Shown: piece by piece, positions 1 through 9,490 of the stretch
How the letters are laid out: each line of letters starts with the position of its first letter
Numbering within the stretch: position 1 is the stretch's first letter
DNA from: Rhodobacterales bacterium
GTDB taxonomy: Bacteria > Pseudomonadota > Alphaproteobacteria > Rhodobacterales > Rhodobacteraceae
Reading direction: 5' to 3'
Assembly: GCA_002746935.1 (NCBI GenBank)
Contig: PDRW01000045.1
Coordinates: 1 to 38,156 of the forward strand
DNA length: 38,156 nucleotides
The notes under the pieces: generated by a model
The model's database searches: none
The model's input: only the letters and a program-made list of their open reading frames with translations
What the model was told of the DNA's origin: nothing
Position numbers and translations under genes: made by a program

Positions 1-37
1 GGCAAAGGTGCTGACATGATCCATCCTCCCAAACAGG

Positions 38-436
38 ATGAATCACAGATCAGCGGTCATGGGAACCCTTGCGATTCAGGTTTTTGGCCGGACGCTTTAT
101 CGCACCACCGAGGCGCAGCCGACCTTCTTCAACCTCGATGACAACAACGGCTGCTCCTGCCCGGCGCCGCACGGCCGCACCTTCCCCACCGCGCTGGATC
201 CGCTGTTCTGCAACCGCTATGAGGTCGGCGCCTTTGCCCGCGACGCCCATGAGATCGGGGTGAACTACCTCGGCGTCTGCTGCGGCGCCAACCCGATGCT
301 GATCCGCGAAGTGGCCGAGGCCGTGGGCCGCACCACCGAAGCCAGCCGCTATTCCGAGCGGATGGAGAACCACTTCATGTATGGCAGCAACGAACGCCTC
401 CCCGATCACATCAAGGCCCTAGGCGACAAGGCCTGA
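38..436 (+). CDS. homocysteine S-methyltransferase (zinc/Hcy-binding) domain protein, C-terminal ~130 aa only; apparently truncated or frameshifted gene at window edge
   Basis: The translation contains ...GVNYLGVCCGANPMLIREVAEAVG..., the vicinal-Cys zinc motif of MetH/BHMT-type Hcy-binding domains. An in-frame TGA at 17-19 blocks upstream extension in this frame, so only the last third of such a domain is encoded. Confidence 0.4.
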   Translation: MNHRSAVMGTLAIQVFGRTLYRTTEAQPTFFNLDDNNGCSCPAPHGRTFPTALDPLFCNRYEVGAFARDAHEIGVNYLGVCCGANPMLIREVAEAVGRTTEASRYSERMENHFMYGSNERLPDHIKALGDKA

Positions 437-443
437 CCAGCCC

Positions 444-469
444 GTCCGGCGGGGGAGACCCCGCCGGGC
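444..469. terminator. GC-rich hairpin between convergent genes (gtccggcgggg-gaga-ccccgccgggc), no U-tract
   Basis: Inverted repeat read directly from the sequence. It lies between the stop of the 38..436 ORF and the 3' end of nrdF. No T-run follows, so it is a weak intrinsic-terminator candidate. Confidence 0.3.
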
Positions 470-623
470 ACCCCTGTGCCGTATCATCCCCACGCAGCCG
501 CGACAGACCCGGGTGATCGTGTTGCGGTTCGTACCGGTCAACCGCACCTGTGCGCGCGGTTCAGGAATGACGGGCGTGTCCCCCACAGGCCCTTCAAACG
601 CCCTGGGCCAGAGTGTCGCGCCC

Positions 624-1616
<993 letters not shown>

Positions 1617-3764
1617 TCAAAGCGTGCAGGAAACGCAGCCTTGCACTTCCGTGCCCTCAAGGGCGGACTGGCGCAGGCGGACGTAGTAGATGGTCTTGAT
1701 GCCCTTCTTCCAGGCCAGGATCTGGGCGCGGTTGATGTCGCGCGTTGTCGCCTCGGCGGGGAAGAACAAGGTCAGCGACAGGCCCTGATCCACATGCTCG
1801 GTGGCGGCGGCATAGGTTTCGATCAGGGCTTCGGGGCCGATCTCGTAGGCATCGCGGTAATAGTCAAGGTTGTCGTTGCCCATGAAGGCCGCCGGGTAGT
1901 AGACGCGGCCGATCTTGCCCTCCTTGCGGATTTCGATCTTTGACACGATCGGATGGATCGACGAGGTGGAATTGTTGATGTAGCTGATCGACCCGGTGGG
2001 CGGGACGGCTTGCAGATTGCGGTTGTAGAGCCCGTCCTTCATCACCGCGCCCCGGAGCGCCGCCCAGTCTTCTCTGGTCGGAAGCGCGACCCCGAAACGC
2101 TCCATGAGCGCCGCGACGGTGTCGGTCTCCGGCAGCCAGTCGCGGTCGGTGTATTTGTCAAAGAAGCTGCCGTCGGCATATTTCGACGTCCCGAACCCGT
2201 GGAAGGCCGCGCCCTTCTCCCGCGCGATGGCGTTCGAGGCGCGGATCGCGTGATAGGCCACGGCAGCGAAGTAGACGCGGGTGAAATCAACCCCTTCGGG
2301 TGAGCCATAGTGGATGCGTTCGCGCGCGAGGAAGCCATGGAGGTTCATCTGCCCCAGCCCCACCGCATGCGTCTCGTCATTGCCGCGCCGGATCGACGGC
2401 ACGCTGTCGATTGCGGACATCTCCGACACGGCGGTCAGCGCACGGATCGCGCTTTCGACCGTGGCGCCGAAATCCGGGCCATCCATGGTCATGGCGATAT
2501 TGAGTGAGCCGAGGTTGCAGGAGATGTCGGTGCCGAGGTGTTTGTAGCTCAGGTCATCGTTGAATTCCGATGCCTCGTTGACCTGAAGGATTTCGGAGCA
2601 GAGGTTCGACATGGTGATGCGCCCCCTGATCGGGTTCGCGGCGTTCACCGTGTCTTCGAACATGATGTAGGGATAGCCGCTTTCGAACTGGATCTCGGCA
2701 AGCGTCTGGAAGAAATCCCGCGCGTTGATCTTCGATTTGCGGATGCGCTTGTCGTCGACCATCTCTTCGTATTTCCCGGTGACCGAGATCTCCGAGAACG
2801 GCACGCCGTAGACACGCTCCACGTCATGGGGCGAGAAGAGATACATCTCCTCGTTGCGCTTGGCCAGTTCGAAGGTGACATCCGGGATCACCACGCCGAG
2901 CGACAGCGTCTTGATGCGGATCTTCTCGTCGGCATTCTCGCGCTTGGTGTCCAGAAACCGCAGGATGTCGGGGTGATGGGCGTTGAGATACACCGCCCCC
3001 GCGCCCTGCCGGGCACCGAGCTGGTTGGCATAGGAGAAGCTGTCTTCAAGCAGTTTCATCACCGGGATCACGCCCGAAGACTGGTTTTCGATCCCCTTGA
3101 TCGGCGCGCCGTGCTCGCGGATGTTGGTGAGCATCAGGGCAACGCCACCACCGCGCTTGGAGAGTTGCAGCGAAGAATTGATGGCCCGGCCGATGCTCTC
3201 CATGTTGTCCTCGACCCGCAGGAGAAAGCAGGAGATCAGTTCGCCCCGCGATTTCTTGCCGGCATTCAGAAAGGTTGGCGTCGCCGGCTGAAAGCGGCCC
3301 GAGATGATCTCTTCCATGAAGGACATGGCAAGCCCTTCGTCCCCCCGCGCCAGAGCGAGCGCGGTCATGACCACGCGGTCTTCGTAACGCTCCAGATAGC
3401 GCTGCCCGTCGCGGGTCTTGAGCGTGTAGGATGTATAATATTTGAACGCCCCGAGAAAGGTCGGGAAGCGGAACTTTCTGGCATAGGCCGCATCCCAGAT
3501 CTTGTGCAGGAAAGCCTTCGAATACTGGTCGAGCACGTCTGCTTCGTAATATCCCTCATCGACGAGGTAACCGAGCTTCTCGTCGAGCGAGTGAAAGAAC
3601 ACCGTGTTCTGATTGACGTGTTGCAGGAAATACTGCCGCGCGGCCATGCGGTCGGCTTCGAAGCGGATGTTGCCGTCCTCGTCATAGAGGTTCAGCATCG
3701 CGTTCAGCGCGTGGTAATCGAGTGTTTCGTCGAGCGCCTCCGCCTTCAGGCCGGTATCGAGCAT
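1617..3764 (-). CDS. nrdE: ribonucleotide reductase class Ib alpha subunit
   Basis: 715-aa product with N-terminus [24 protein letters not shown]… and a C-terminal redox-active Cys pair (…GCVSCTL). It sits between nrdI and nrdF in the canonical nrdHIEF order. Confidence 0.95.
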   Translation of the reverse strand: MLDTGLKAEALDETLDYHALNAMLNLYDEDGNIRFEADRMAARQYFLQHVNQNTVFFHSLDEKLGYLVDEGYYEADVLDQYSKAFLHKIWDAAYARKFRFPTFLGAFKYYTSYTLKTRDGQRYLERYEDRVVMTALALARGDEGLAMSFMEEIISGRFQPATPTFLNAGKKSRGELISCFLLRVEDNMESIGRAINSSLQLSKRGGGVALMLTNIREHGAPIKGIENQSSGVIPVMKLLEDSFSYANQLGARQGAGAVYLNAHHPDILRFLDTKRENADEKIRIKTLSLGVVIPDVTFELAKRNEEMYLFSPHDVERVYGVPFSEISVTGKYEEMVDDKRIRKSKINARDFFQTLAEIQFESGYPYIMFEDTVNAANPIRGRITMSNLCSEILQVNEASEFNDDLSYKHLGTDISCNLGSLNIAMTMDGPDFGATVESAIRALTAVSEMSAIDSVPSIRRGNDETHAVGLGQMNLHGFLARERIHYGSPEGVDFTRVYFAAVAYHAIRASNAIAREKGAAFHGFGTSKYADGSFFDKYTDRDWLPETDTVAALMERFGVALPTREDWAALRGAVMKDGLYNRNLQAVPPTGSISYINNSTSSIHPIVSKIEIRKEGKIGRVYYPAAFMGNDNLDYYRDAYEIGPEALIETYAAATEHVDQGLSLTLFFPAEATTRDINRAQILAWKKGIKTIYYVRLRQSALEGTEVQGCVSCTL

Positions 3765-4171
3765 GTCTGCCTCCAGAAAGTGTCAAGCCCTGCGCGCACG
3801 CGGGCGCAGTCATTGTCCGTGCCGGCCAGTTCGAACCGATAGAGCACGGGCACATTGCATTTCTTCGAGATGACCTCGCCCGCAAGGGCAAAGGTCGGGC
3901 CGAAATTGCGGTTACCGCCCGCGATCACGCCGCGCAGCAGCCCGCGGCGGTCAGGATCGTTGAGAAAGCGGATCACCTGTTTCGGAACCGCACCGCGTCC
4001 GTCGCCGTCGGCATAGGTCGGACAGATCAGCACGAAAGGGCCGGCGGGGCTGGGCATGGACCCGTCGGAGATCGGGATACGCAGCGCCGGAAGCCCGAGG
4101 CTCCCGACGAACCGCGCCGTGTTGCCCGAACGGGAGGAGAAATAGACGATTCTGGCTTCAGGCCCCGTCAC
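3746..4171 (-). CDS. nrdI: flavodoxin-like RNR class Ib maintenance protein
   Basis: 141-aa product with a FMN-binding N-terminal loop [15 protein letters not shown]. It overlaps the nrdE start by 19 nt. Confidence 0.9.
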   Translation of the reverse strand: MTGPEARIVYFSSRSGNTARFVGSLGLPALRIPISDGSMPSPAGPFVLICPTYADGDGRGAVPKQVIRFLNDPDRRGLLRGVIAGGNRNFGPTFALAGEVISKKCNVPVLYRFELAGTDNDCARVRAGLDTFWRQTCSIPA

Positions 4172-4175
4172 CGGA

Positions 4176-4397
4176 TCAGGCCAGCCGGCCGATCAGGTCT
4201 GGCCGGAAACCCGCCCAGTGATCTTCGCCCGCAACCACAACGGGCACCTGCCGATACCCAAGCTCCGAAACATGGCTCAGGGCCCTGTCATCTTCGGTCA
4301 GGTCGATCACCTCGTAATCAAGCCCACGCGCCTCAAGCGCCCGGGTCGTGGCCGTACATTGGACGCAGGCCGGTTTGGAATACACAGTGATGCTCAT
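4176..4397 (-). CDS. nrdH: glutaredoxin-like electron donor for class Ib RNR
   Basis: 73-aa product [14 protein letters not shown]… with a CVQC redox motif. The start codon is the reverse complement of cat at 4395-4397. The ORF-track extension to 4685 is rejected because it would read through the riboswitch. Confidence 0.85.
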   Translation of the reverse strand: MSITVYSKPACVQCTATTRALEARGLDYEVIDLTEDDRALSHVSELGYRQVPVVVAGEDHWAGFRPDLIGRLA

Positions 4398-4439
4398 GGT
4401 CTCGTTCCCTTGACTGCCCTCTCTGCCGGAGGGGTGTTT

Positions 4440-4732
4440 CTGCCGTTTTTCCGGGGGCACAGGACACGACGCGGCCGCGCACAAGCTTGCCACGGACCAC
4501 ACACGCACCCCAAGGCCCACCGCCTCTGGTTGTCGTCTTCCGTCACGGCAGGTCTCCTGGCTCGCGGGTCGTCGCTCGGCTGGCCTTCCCGGGCCCCGAA
4601 AAGGTCGGGTTCCCAGTGACATGTTCAGCGTCGCTTTCCGCTCACAGTTGCGGGGGCAGCGCCGGAGTTGGAGGTGTCTCCGCACCGGCTTCCCTGTTGC
4701 CTTCCCGGGTTTCCCCGGAAAACCATGACCTC
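4440..4732 (-). promoter_or_regulatory. cobalamin (B12) riboswitch in the nrdHIEF leader (aptamer ~4546..4732, expression platform down to the RBS)
   Basis: Reverse complement reads GGTCATGGTTTTCCGGGGAAACCCGGGAAGGCAACAGGGAAGCCGGTGCGGAGACACCTCCAACTCCGGCGCTGCCCCCGCAACTGTGAGCGG…GTCACTGGGAACCCGACCTTTTCGGGGCCCGGGAAGGCCAGCCGAGCGACGACCCGCGAGCCAGGAGACCTGCCG. AGCCAGGAGACCTGCCG matches the B12-box consensus rAGYCMGgAgaCCkGCcd exactly. The AGGGAA…CGGTG…GCTG.CCCCGCAACTGTgAGCGG core and the GCCACTG-like GTCACTGGG…GGGAAGGC element are also present. Confidence 0.85.
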
Positions 4733-4735
4733 GCT

Positions 4736-4764
4736 ACTTGGCCTCGAATCGCCGAGGTTGTCAA
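4736..4764 (-). promoter_or_regulatory. candidate sigma70-type promoter for nrdHIEF (-35 TTGACA; weak -10)
   Basis: TTGACA (reverse complement of 4759-4764) lies 17 nt upstream of a poor -10 (CCAAGT). The predicted TSS (~4728) coincides with the riboswitch 5' end (~4730). Confidence 0.25.
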
Positions 4765-4888
4765 CATGTAGTGTGCCCTGGTGCGTTTCTTGCAAGGGGT
4801 AGAGGTTGGCCAGCGGCTTTTCTGCAATCAAAACGGGCGGTCACGTCCGTCAAGGTGGTGTAAATCATCGGATTTCCTGAGGCCATGA

Positions 4889-5195
4889 TCAGGCGGCTCG
4901 GGTTGTGATGCTGAGAATTGGCCCGGTCTCCTCGTGGTCGATCCGGGCGACAGCGTCGAGCTTCACGTATCGGCTTGCGGTTTGCCATTCGTCGTTCTGC
5001 TCGAACAGCACAGCACCGATCAGGCGGGTGATCGAGGCTTCGTTGGGGAGGTGAGAGGATCAGAAATCCTTCCGGTGGAAGGATTTCCCGAACAACGCCG
5101 ACGACATCGGCACGGCGTTTCACCTGCTTGTCGAGGCGCTCGATCGGGGTGGTGCCGTGGAGCCTGGTGCGGTGCTGGCGGGGGGAAGGCCTCAC
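4889..5195 (-). pseudogene. IS256-family (mutator-type) transposase gene remnant, C-terminal ~100 codons only, frame disrupted by a palindromic insertion
   Basis: Minus-strand translation gives …TRLHGTTPIERLDKQVKRRADVVG[V…insert…]FPNEASITRLIGAVLFEQNDEWQTASRYV…*. This matches the C-terminal signature of IS256-family transposases (NxIERLNxxIKRRTxVVGIFPNExS..RLVGA.L.EQNDEW). No N-terminal or DDE region precedes it. Confidence 0.6.
5063..5087. repeat. perfect 11-bp-stem palindrome gaaatccttcc-ggt-ggaaggatttc inserted inside the transposase remnant
   Basis: Read directly from the sequence. It interrupts the conserved VVGIFPNEAS motif with a ~44-nt insertion that is not a multiple of 3. Confidence 0.9.
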
Positions 5196-5302
5196 GATTC
5201 AGGTTCAAACCGAAATGCTCTAACGGACTTCTGAACCAGCGGAGACCCATGCCCCGGGCAGGGACCGGCCCGGTGTCCCGGACCGGCCTTTCTTTCGCGC
5301 CT

Positions 5303-6454
5303 TCAGTCGCTCAGATGCACAAGGTCGTTCATCAGGCCCCCCGTCCCGTTATGGACCGTGAGGCGCTCGACCTTGCCCGCGATGGTCTCCAGCGCTTCCA
5401 GCTCTTTCAGCCGCAGCATGACGGGGTTTTCCGCCATGACCCTGGCCGTGTTGAGCAGGGCGCGGGTCGCGTTGGTTTCCTCGCGGCGGCGGATGACGCT
5501 GGCTTCGGCCTCCTTTTCCGCCGCGACGACGCGGTTGAGAATCTCGCGCATTTCGCCGGGCAGGATGACGTCCTTCAGCGCCACCTCGCCCAGTTCGATG
5601 CCGAACCGCGCCACCTCTTCGCGGGCCACCGCCGCCGCCTCTTCGTCGATCACGCCCTTCTCCGCGAGAAGCCTGTCGAGCGTGAGCGCGCCGAGCGAAC
5701 GGCGGAAGGCCAGTTGCAGCGCCCGGTGCAGGGCTTCGGCGAAGTCATGCACACGGGTCAGCGCCGCTTCCGGGTCCACCACACGGTACCGCGCCGTAAG
5801 GTTCACCCGGATGGTCACCCGGTCACGGGTCAGGATCTCCTGCCCCGTCACCTCGTGGCTGCGCATCCGCATGTCGACCAGCCGGATCTCGGCGCGCGGC
5901 CCCGCCCGCCAGAAGGCGTGAAGGCCCGGCGCGAGCCGTCCGGTGAACACTCCGTCGACACTCAGCATGCCCGTATGCCCTTCGGGCACTTCGGCATGGG
6001 TGAGCATCGCGCCATGTCCGGAGCGCATCAGCCGCCGCGTGAGCGCAGGCGGCACGGCAAGGCTCTCGCCCATGTCGAACCGCGCGGCCTCCCACGGGCC
6101 GGCGTCGGCCCAGAGCACCGCCCGCGCCTCGGGCGGCAGCACCACGGCCACCTCGCCGCCGGTGCGGGAGATCACCAGCACCTCGCCGTCGCGCGCGGCG
6201 AACTCCAGCAATTGCCCTTCCACGAGGTCGGGCCGCTCGGCGAGCAGCGCGCGTTCATAGGCAGAGTCGAAACGGGAAACCCCGATGTCATGGCGCTCGC
6301 AGATCGTGTCGCGCCGCTTCAGCCGGTGTTCGCCCGGCCCCAGAAGCGCGGCAAAGCGGCCATTTTCCAGCACGAGCATCCGCTCGGTTTCGGTCAGCGT
6401 CACCCGGATATGGCCGGTGACGAGGTCGAGAAGTCGATTGAACACATGAGTCAT
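5303..6454 (-). CDS. SPFH/band-7 (stomatin/slipin-like) domain protein with ~160-aa N-terminal extension
   Basis: 383-aa product. The C-terminal two-thirds carry band-7 hallmarks (…VTGQEILTRDRVTIRVNLTARYRVVDP… and …KDVILPGEMREILNRVVAAEKEAEASVIRRREE…). AAGGAGAG RBS lies 7 nt upstream, and no N-terminal TM helix is evident. Confidence 0.8.
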   Translation of the reverse strand: MTHVFNRLLDLVTGHIRVTLTETERMLVLENGRFAALLGPGEHRLKRRDTICERHDIGVSRFDSAYERALLAERPDLVEGQLLEFAARDGEVLVISRTGGEVAVVLPPEARAVLWADAGPWEAARFDMGESLAVPPALTRRLMRSGHGAMLTHAEVPEGHTGMLSVDGVFTGRLAPGLHAFWRAGPRAEIRLVDMRMRSHEVTGQEILTRDRVTIRVNLTARYRVVDPEAALTRVHDFAEALHRALQLAFRRSLGALTLDRLLAEKGVIDEEAAAVAREEVARFGIELGEVALKDVILPGEMREILNRVVAAEKEAEASVIRRREETNATRALLNTARVMAENPVMLRLKELEALETIAGKVERLTVHNGTGGLMNDLVHLSD

Positions 6455-6814
6455 TGGGTCTCTCCTTTTCGGTGCCTATCGTCGTCGCAAATGCGATCTC
6501 CTTTGGTTACAGGGGGTTGGGGCAAAGGCCCGCAGGTGTGGAAGAGCCCGGAACGCGCCGTTTCACCGGCCGGGGCGGAGGCGGAGCGAGAGGGGGCACG
6601 GGAGCCACGGTGCGCCTTGGGGCCTCTGCCCCGCGGCGGACCCGCGGCCCGGTGCTGTCCTTCATCTCTGCCCCGGCCCGGGCCGGAGTCAGCGGCGGCC
6701 CGGCGGCATCGCCCGAAAGCCATGCCGCGTGGAACGCCCCTGCCGGCCGTCCCGGACCCCGATTGAGACCGCCCGGAGGCGGTGCCGGACTGAAGGTCCG
6801 ATGTCCTTTCGGAC

Positions 6815-6890
6815 GGGTCAAATGGCGGGATTCGAACCCGCTACACTTCGATTATCAGTCGAATGCTCTACCCGAATGAGCTACATTTGG
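6815..6890 (-). tRNA. tRNA, anticodon GAU (nominally Ile), atypical: C1.A72 mismatch and A/T-rich acceptor stem
   Basis: The reverse complement folds as CCAAATG-TA-GCTC-ATTCGGGTA-GAGC-A-TTCGA-CTGATAA-TCGAA-GTGTA-GCGGG-TTCGAAT-CCCGC-CATTTGA-C-CC. It has a canonical D arm (G18G19), a GTTCGAATC T-loop and a 7-nt anticodon loop with GAT at 34-36. Acceptor pairs 2-71..7-66 are Watson-Crick but 1-72 is C.A. Confidence 0.7.
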
Positions 6891-7043
6891 AGGTGGCTGT
6901 GCGCCACCCGCCCGATCCCTGGCACCGACCCTGGCATACGGGGCCGGCAGCGCCGCCCGCACCGGGGGAGTGTGCACCTCCGCCCTCAAGGGTCCGGTCC
7001 GTCGCGACCGGGGCTGCTGGATAGGCGGTGGCGCCCGAGTCGC

Positions 7044-7059
7044 TCAACCATTTGGTTGA
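7044..7059. repeat. 16-bp AT-rich palindrome TCAACCA-TT-TGGTTGA in the trpB-tRNA intergenic region
   Basis: Read directly from the sequence. It is a candidate protein-binding site but was not matched to a known operator. Confidence 0.5.
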
Positions 7060-7166
7060 ATGTCGGGAAAGGCTGTGGCGCGCCCGCAACAAACCCGCAC
7101 CCTGCCGCAATGATCGGAAAGAAGTCCGCCCGTGGGCGCAGTGTTGCGCAAGTCCGTCATGGCGCG

Positions 7167-8420
7167 TCAGTCGGAAAACCTCCGCCCCTCGACCAACCCC
7201 GACATGTCGGTGCCGAGCGCTTTGGCGACGGTAAAGATGTCCTTGTCGCCCCGCCCGCAGAGGTTCATCACGATGATGTGGTCCTTCGGCAACCCGGGCG
7301 CGATCTTCATAACATGGGCGAGCGCATGGGAGGGTTCGAGCGCGGGGATGATGCCCTCGGTGCGGCACAGCAGTTGGAAGGCGTCGAGCGCCTCGCGGTC
7401 GGTGATCGCCACATAGTCCGCGCGTCCGGTATCGTGCAGCCAGGCGTGTTCGGGCCCGATGCCGGGGTAGTCGAGCCCGGCCGAGATCGAATAGCCCTCA
7501 AGGATCTGCCCGTCGTCGTCCTGAAGCAGGTAGGTGCGATTGCCGTGCAGCACGCCGGGGCGTCCACCGGTGAGCGAGGCGCAATGCTCGACCTTTTCCG
7601 TCACACCCTTGCCGCCCGCCTCGACACCGATGATCCTGACCGCATCGTCGTCAAGAAAGGGGTAGAACAGCCCCATCGCGTTGGATCCGCCGCCGATCGC
7701 CGCCACGATCGTGTCGGGCAGGCGGCTTTCGGCGGCGAGGATCTGCGCCCGGGCTTCCTTGCCGATGATCGCCTGAAAATCGCGCACCATCGCCGGATAG
7801 GGATGCGGCCCCGCCACGGTGCCGATGCAGTAGAACGTGTCGCGCACATTGGTCACCCAGTCGCGCAGTGCATCGTTCATCGCGTCCTTGAGGGTGCCGC
7901 GCCCGGAGGTGACCGGCACCACCTCCGCCCCCAGAAGCTTCATGCGGAAGACATTGGGCGCCTGGCGCTCGACGTCATGGGCGCCCATATAGACCACGCA
8001 GCTCAGGCCGAATTTGGCGCAGACCGTGGCGGTCGCGACACCATGCTGGCCGGCGCCGGTCTCGGCGATGATCCGGGTCTTGCCCATGCGGCGGGCAAGG
8101 ATGATCTGGCCCAGCACGTTGTTGATCTTGTGCGCGCCGGTGTGGTTCAATTCGTCGCGTTTGAGGTAGATCCTGGCGCCGCCCAGCTCGTCGGTGAGCC
8201 GTTCGGCGAAGTAGAGCGGGCTGGGGCGGCCGACGTAATGGGTCCAGAGATCGTCCATCTCGGCCCAGAAGGCGGGGTCGGTCCTGGCCTTTTCATACTC
8301 GGCTTCGAGATCGAGGATCAGCGGCATAAGGGTTTCGGAAACGAAACGCCCGCCGAAGCTGCCGAACCGGCCGTTTTCATCGGGGCCGTTCATGAAGCTG
8401 TTGAAAAGATCTTCGCCCAT
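7167..8420 (-). CDS. trpB: tryptophan synthase beta chain
   Basis: 417-aa product [33 protein letters not shown]… with a PLP-lysine region …HTGAHKINN… and GGGSNA. The start codon is cat at 8418-8420. The 92-codon N-terminal extension in the ORF track is rejected as non-homologous. Confidence 0.95.
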   Translation of the reverse strand: MGEDLFNSFMNGPDENGRFGSFGGRFVSETLMPLILDLEAEYEKARTDPAFWAEMDDLWTHYVGRPSPLYFAERLTDELGGARIYLKRDELNHTGAHKINNVLGQIILARRMGKTRIIAETGAGQHGVATATVCAKFGLSCVVYMGAHDVERQAPNVFRMKLLGAEVVPVTSGRGTLKDAMNDALRDWVTNVRDTFYCIGTVAGPHPYPAMVRDFQAIIGKEARAQILAAESRLPDTIVAAIGGGSNAMGLFYPFLDDDAVRIIGVEAGGKGVTEKVEHCASLTGGRPGVLHGNRTYLLQDDDGQILEGYSISAGLDYPGIGPEHAWLHDTGRADYVAITDREALDAFQLLCRTEGIIPALEPSHALAHVMKIAPGLPKDHIIVMNLCGRGDKDIFTVAKALGTDMSGLVEGRRFSD

Positions 8421-8466
8421 CGTGCTGTTCCATGCTGGTCTGTACACTCCTAGTCGGTGGGTGGCG

Positions 8467-8760
8467 TTACGGCAAGGGCGGCGCGGGCGCGCGCCCGCGG
8501 GAGGCGTCCGCGCGCGCGGACGAGGGCCCGGCCCGGACACGCCGGATCGGCTGCGCATTGCAGCATACGATGAAATGCCGGCCATTCTCGAGCGCCTGGA
8601 AGCCGCGGCGTTCGACCTCCGCGAGGAACACGTCACGCCCGACGATGCGCTCCACGTCGCGCACCTGCCGTTTGAAGACCCCGCCGCGGCGCACATCGCG
8701 CGACGAAAACACGCTCCGCATCCAGGTTTCGGGATTGATGGAAGGAGGCAGATTGGTCAT
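8467..8760 (-). CDS. hypothetical small protein (uncertain)
   Basis: 97-codon ORF ([40 protein letters not shown]…) that fills the 400-bp trpF-trpB gap. GC3 is moderately high, but no recognisable domain or strong RBS was seen. Confidence 0.25.
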   Translation of the reverse strand: MTNLPPSINPETWMRSVFSSRDVRRGGVFKRQVRDVERIVGRDVFLAEVERRGFQALENGRHFIVCCNAQPIRRVRAGPSSARADASRGRAPAPPLP

Positions 8761-8821
8761 GCGCGCACAGTCGCGCATTCACCTTAACGCCCGGTGAACA
8801 CAGGCTCGGATTTTGCACGGC

Positions 8822-9460
8822 TCACGACACCGCCGCGATGAAGGCCCGGATGAGGCCTTCGTCCTTCACCCCCGGCGCGCTCTCGACGCCGGACGACACA
8901 TCCACCTGCCGCGCGCCGGTGAGCCGCAGCGCCAGCGCCACATTTTCCGGCGTCAGCCCGCCCGCCAGCATCCACGGCCTGGCCCAGTGCCGCCCCGCGA
9001 TCAGCCGCCAGTCGAAGGGCACCCCCATGCCACCGGGAAGCGCGGCGCCCGTCGGCGGTTTGGCGTCAATGAGCAACTGATCGGCCACCGGGGCATAGGC
9101 GTCAATCCGGGCGACATCCCCGGGGCCGGAAATGCCGATGGCCTTCATCACCGGCAGCCCGTAGCGCGCGCGCAGTTCTGCCACCCGTTCCGGCGGCTCA
9201 TTGCCATGCAACTGAAGCATGTCGAGCGGGACGGTGGCGGTGATCTCGTCGAGCACCGCATCCCCGGCATTCACCACCAGCCCCACCCTGGCAACACCGG
9301 GCGGCACCCCGCGCGCCAGCGCCGCCGCCTTTGGCACCGACAGGTTGCGCGGGCTTTTCGCAAAGAACACAAAGCCAAGGTAGCGCGCCCCGGCGGCCAC
9401 CGCACAGGCCACCTGTCCGGGCGTGGTAAGGCCGCAGATCTTGACCTGGATGCCGGGCAT
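8822..9460 (-). CDS. trpF: phosphoribosylanthranilate isomerase
   Basis: 212-aa product [40 protein letters not shown]…[10 protein letters not shown]…, a typical TrpF TIM barrel. The start codon is cat at 9458-9460. Confidence 0.9.
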   Translation of the reverse strand: MPGIQVKICGLTTPGQVACAVAAGARYLGFVFFAKSPRNLSVPKAAALARGVPPGVARVGLVVNAGDAVLDEITATVPLDMLQLHGNEPPERVAELRARYGLPVMKAIGISGPGDVARIDAYAPVADQLLIDAKPPTGAALPGGMGVPFDWRLIAGRHWARPWMLAGGLTPENVALALRLTGARQVDVSSGVESAPGVKDEGLIRAFIAAVS

Positions 9461-9490
9461 GATCCGGTTCCGTCGCGAAAGCCGAAGGCG

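Noticed and set aside
4398-4685. ORF-track N-terminal extension of nrdH (169 aa)
   Set aside because: It would translate through the cobalamin riboswitch. The conserved NrdH begins at [14 protein letters not shown].
4736-4900. Direct repeat of the tRNA 3' end (att-like) at the far side of the putative island
   Set aside because: Only a 5-nt tcgaa coincidence at ~4745 was found, which is not convincing.
4934-6766. 610-aa plus-strand ORF
   Set aside because: It spans the transposase remnant, an intergenic region and the antisense of the SPFH gene, and has no coherent protein features.
6729-8453. 574-aa plus-strand ORF
   Set aside because: It runs across the tRNA and antisense to trpB.
8392-8787. 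131-aa plus-strand ORF in the trpF-trpB gap
   Set aside because: It overlaps the equally doubtful minus ORF. Its product is Arg/Ala/Gly low-complexity with no RBS, and it is less plausible than the minus-strand candidate.
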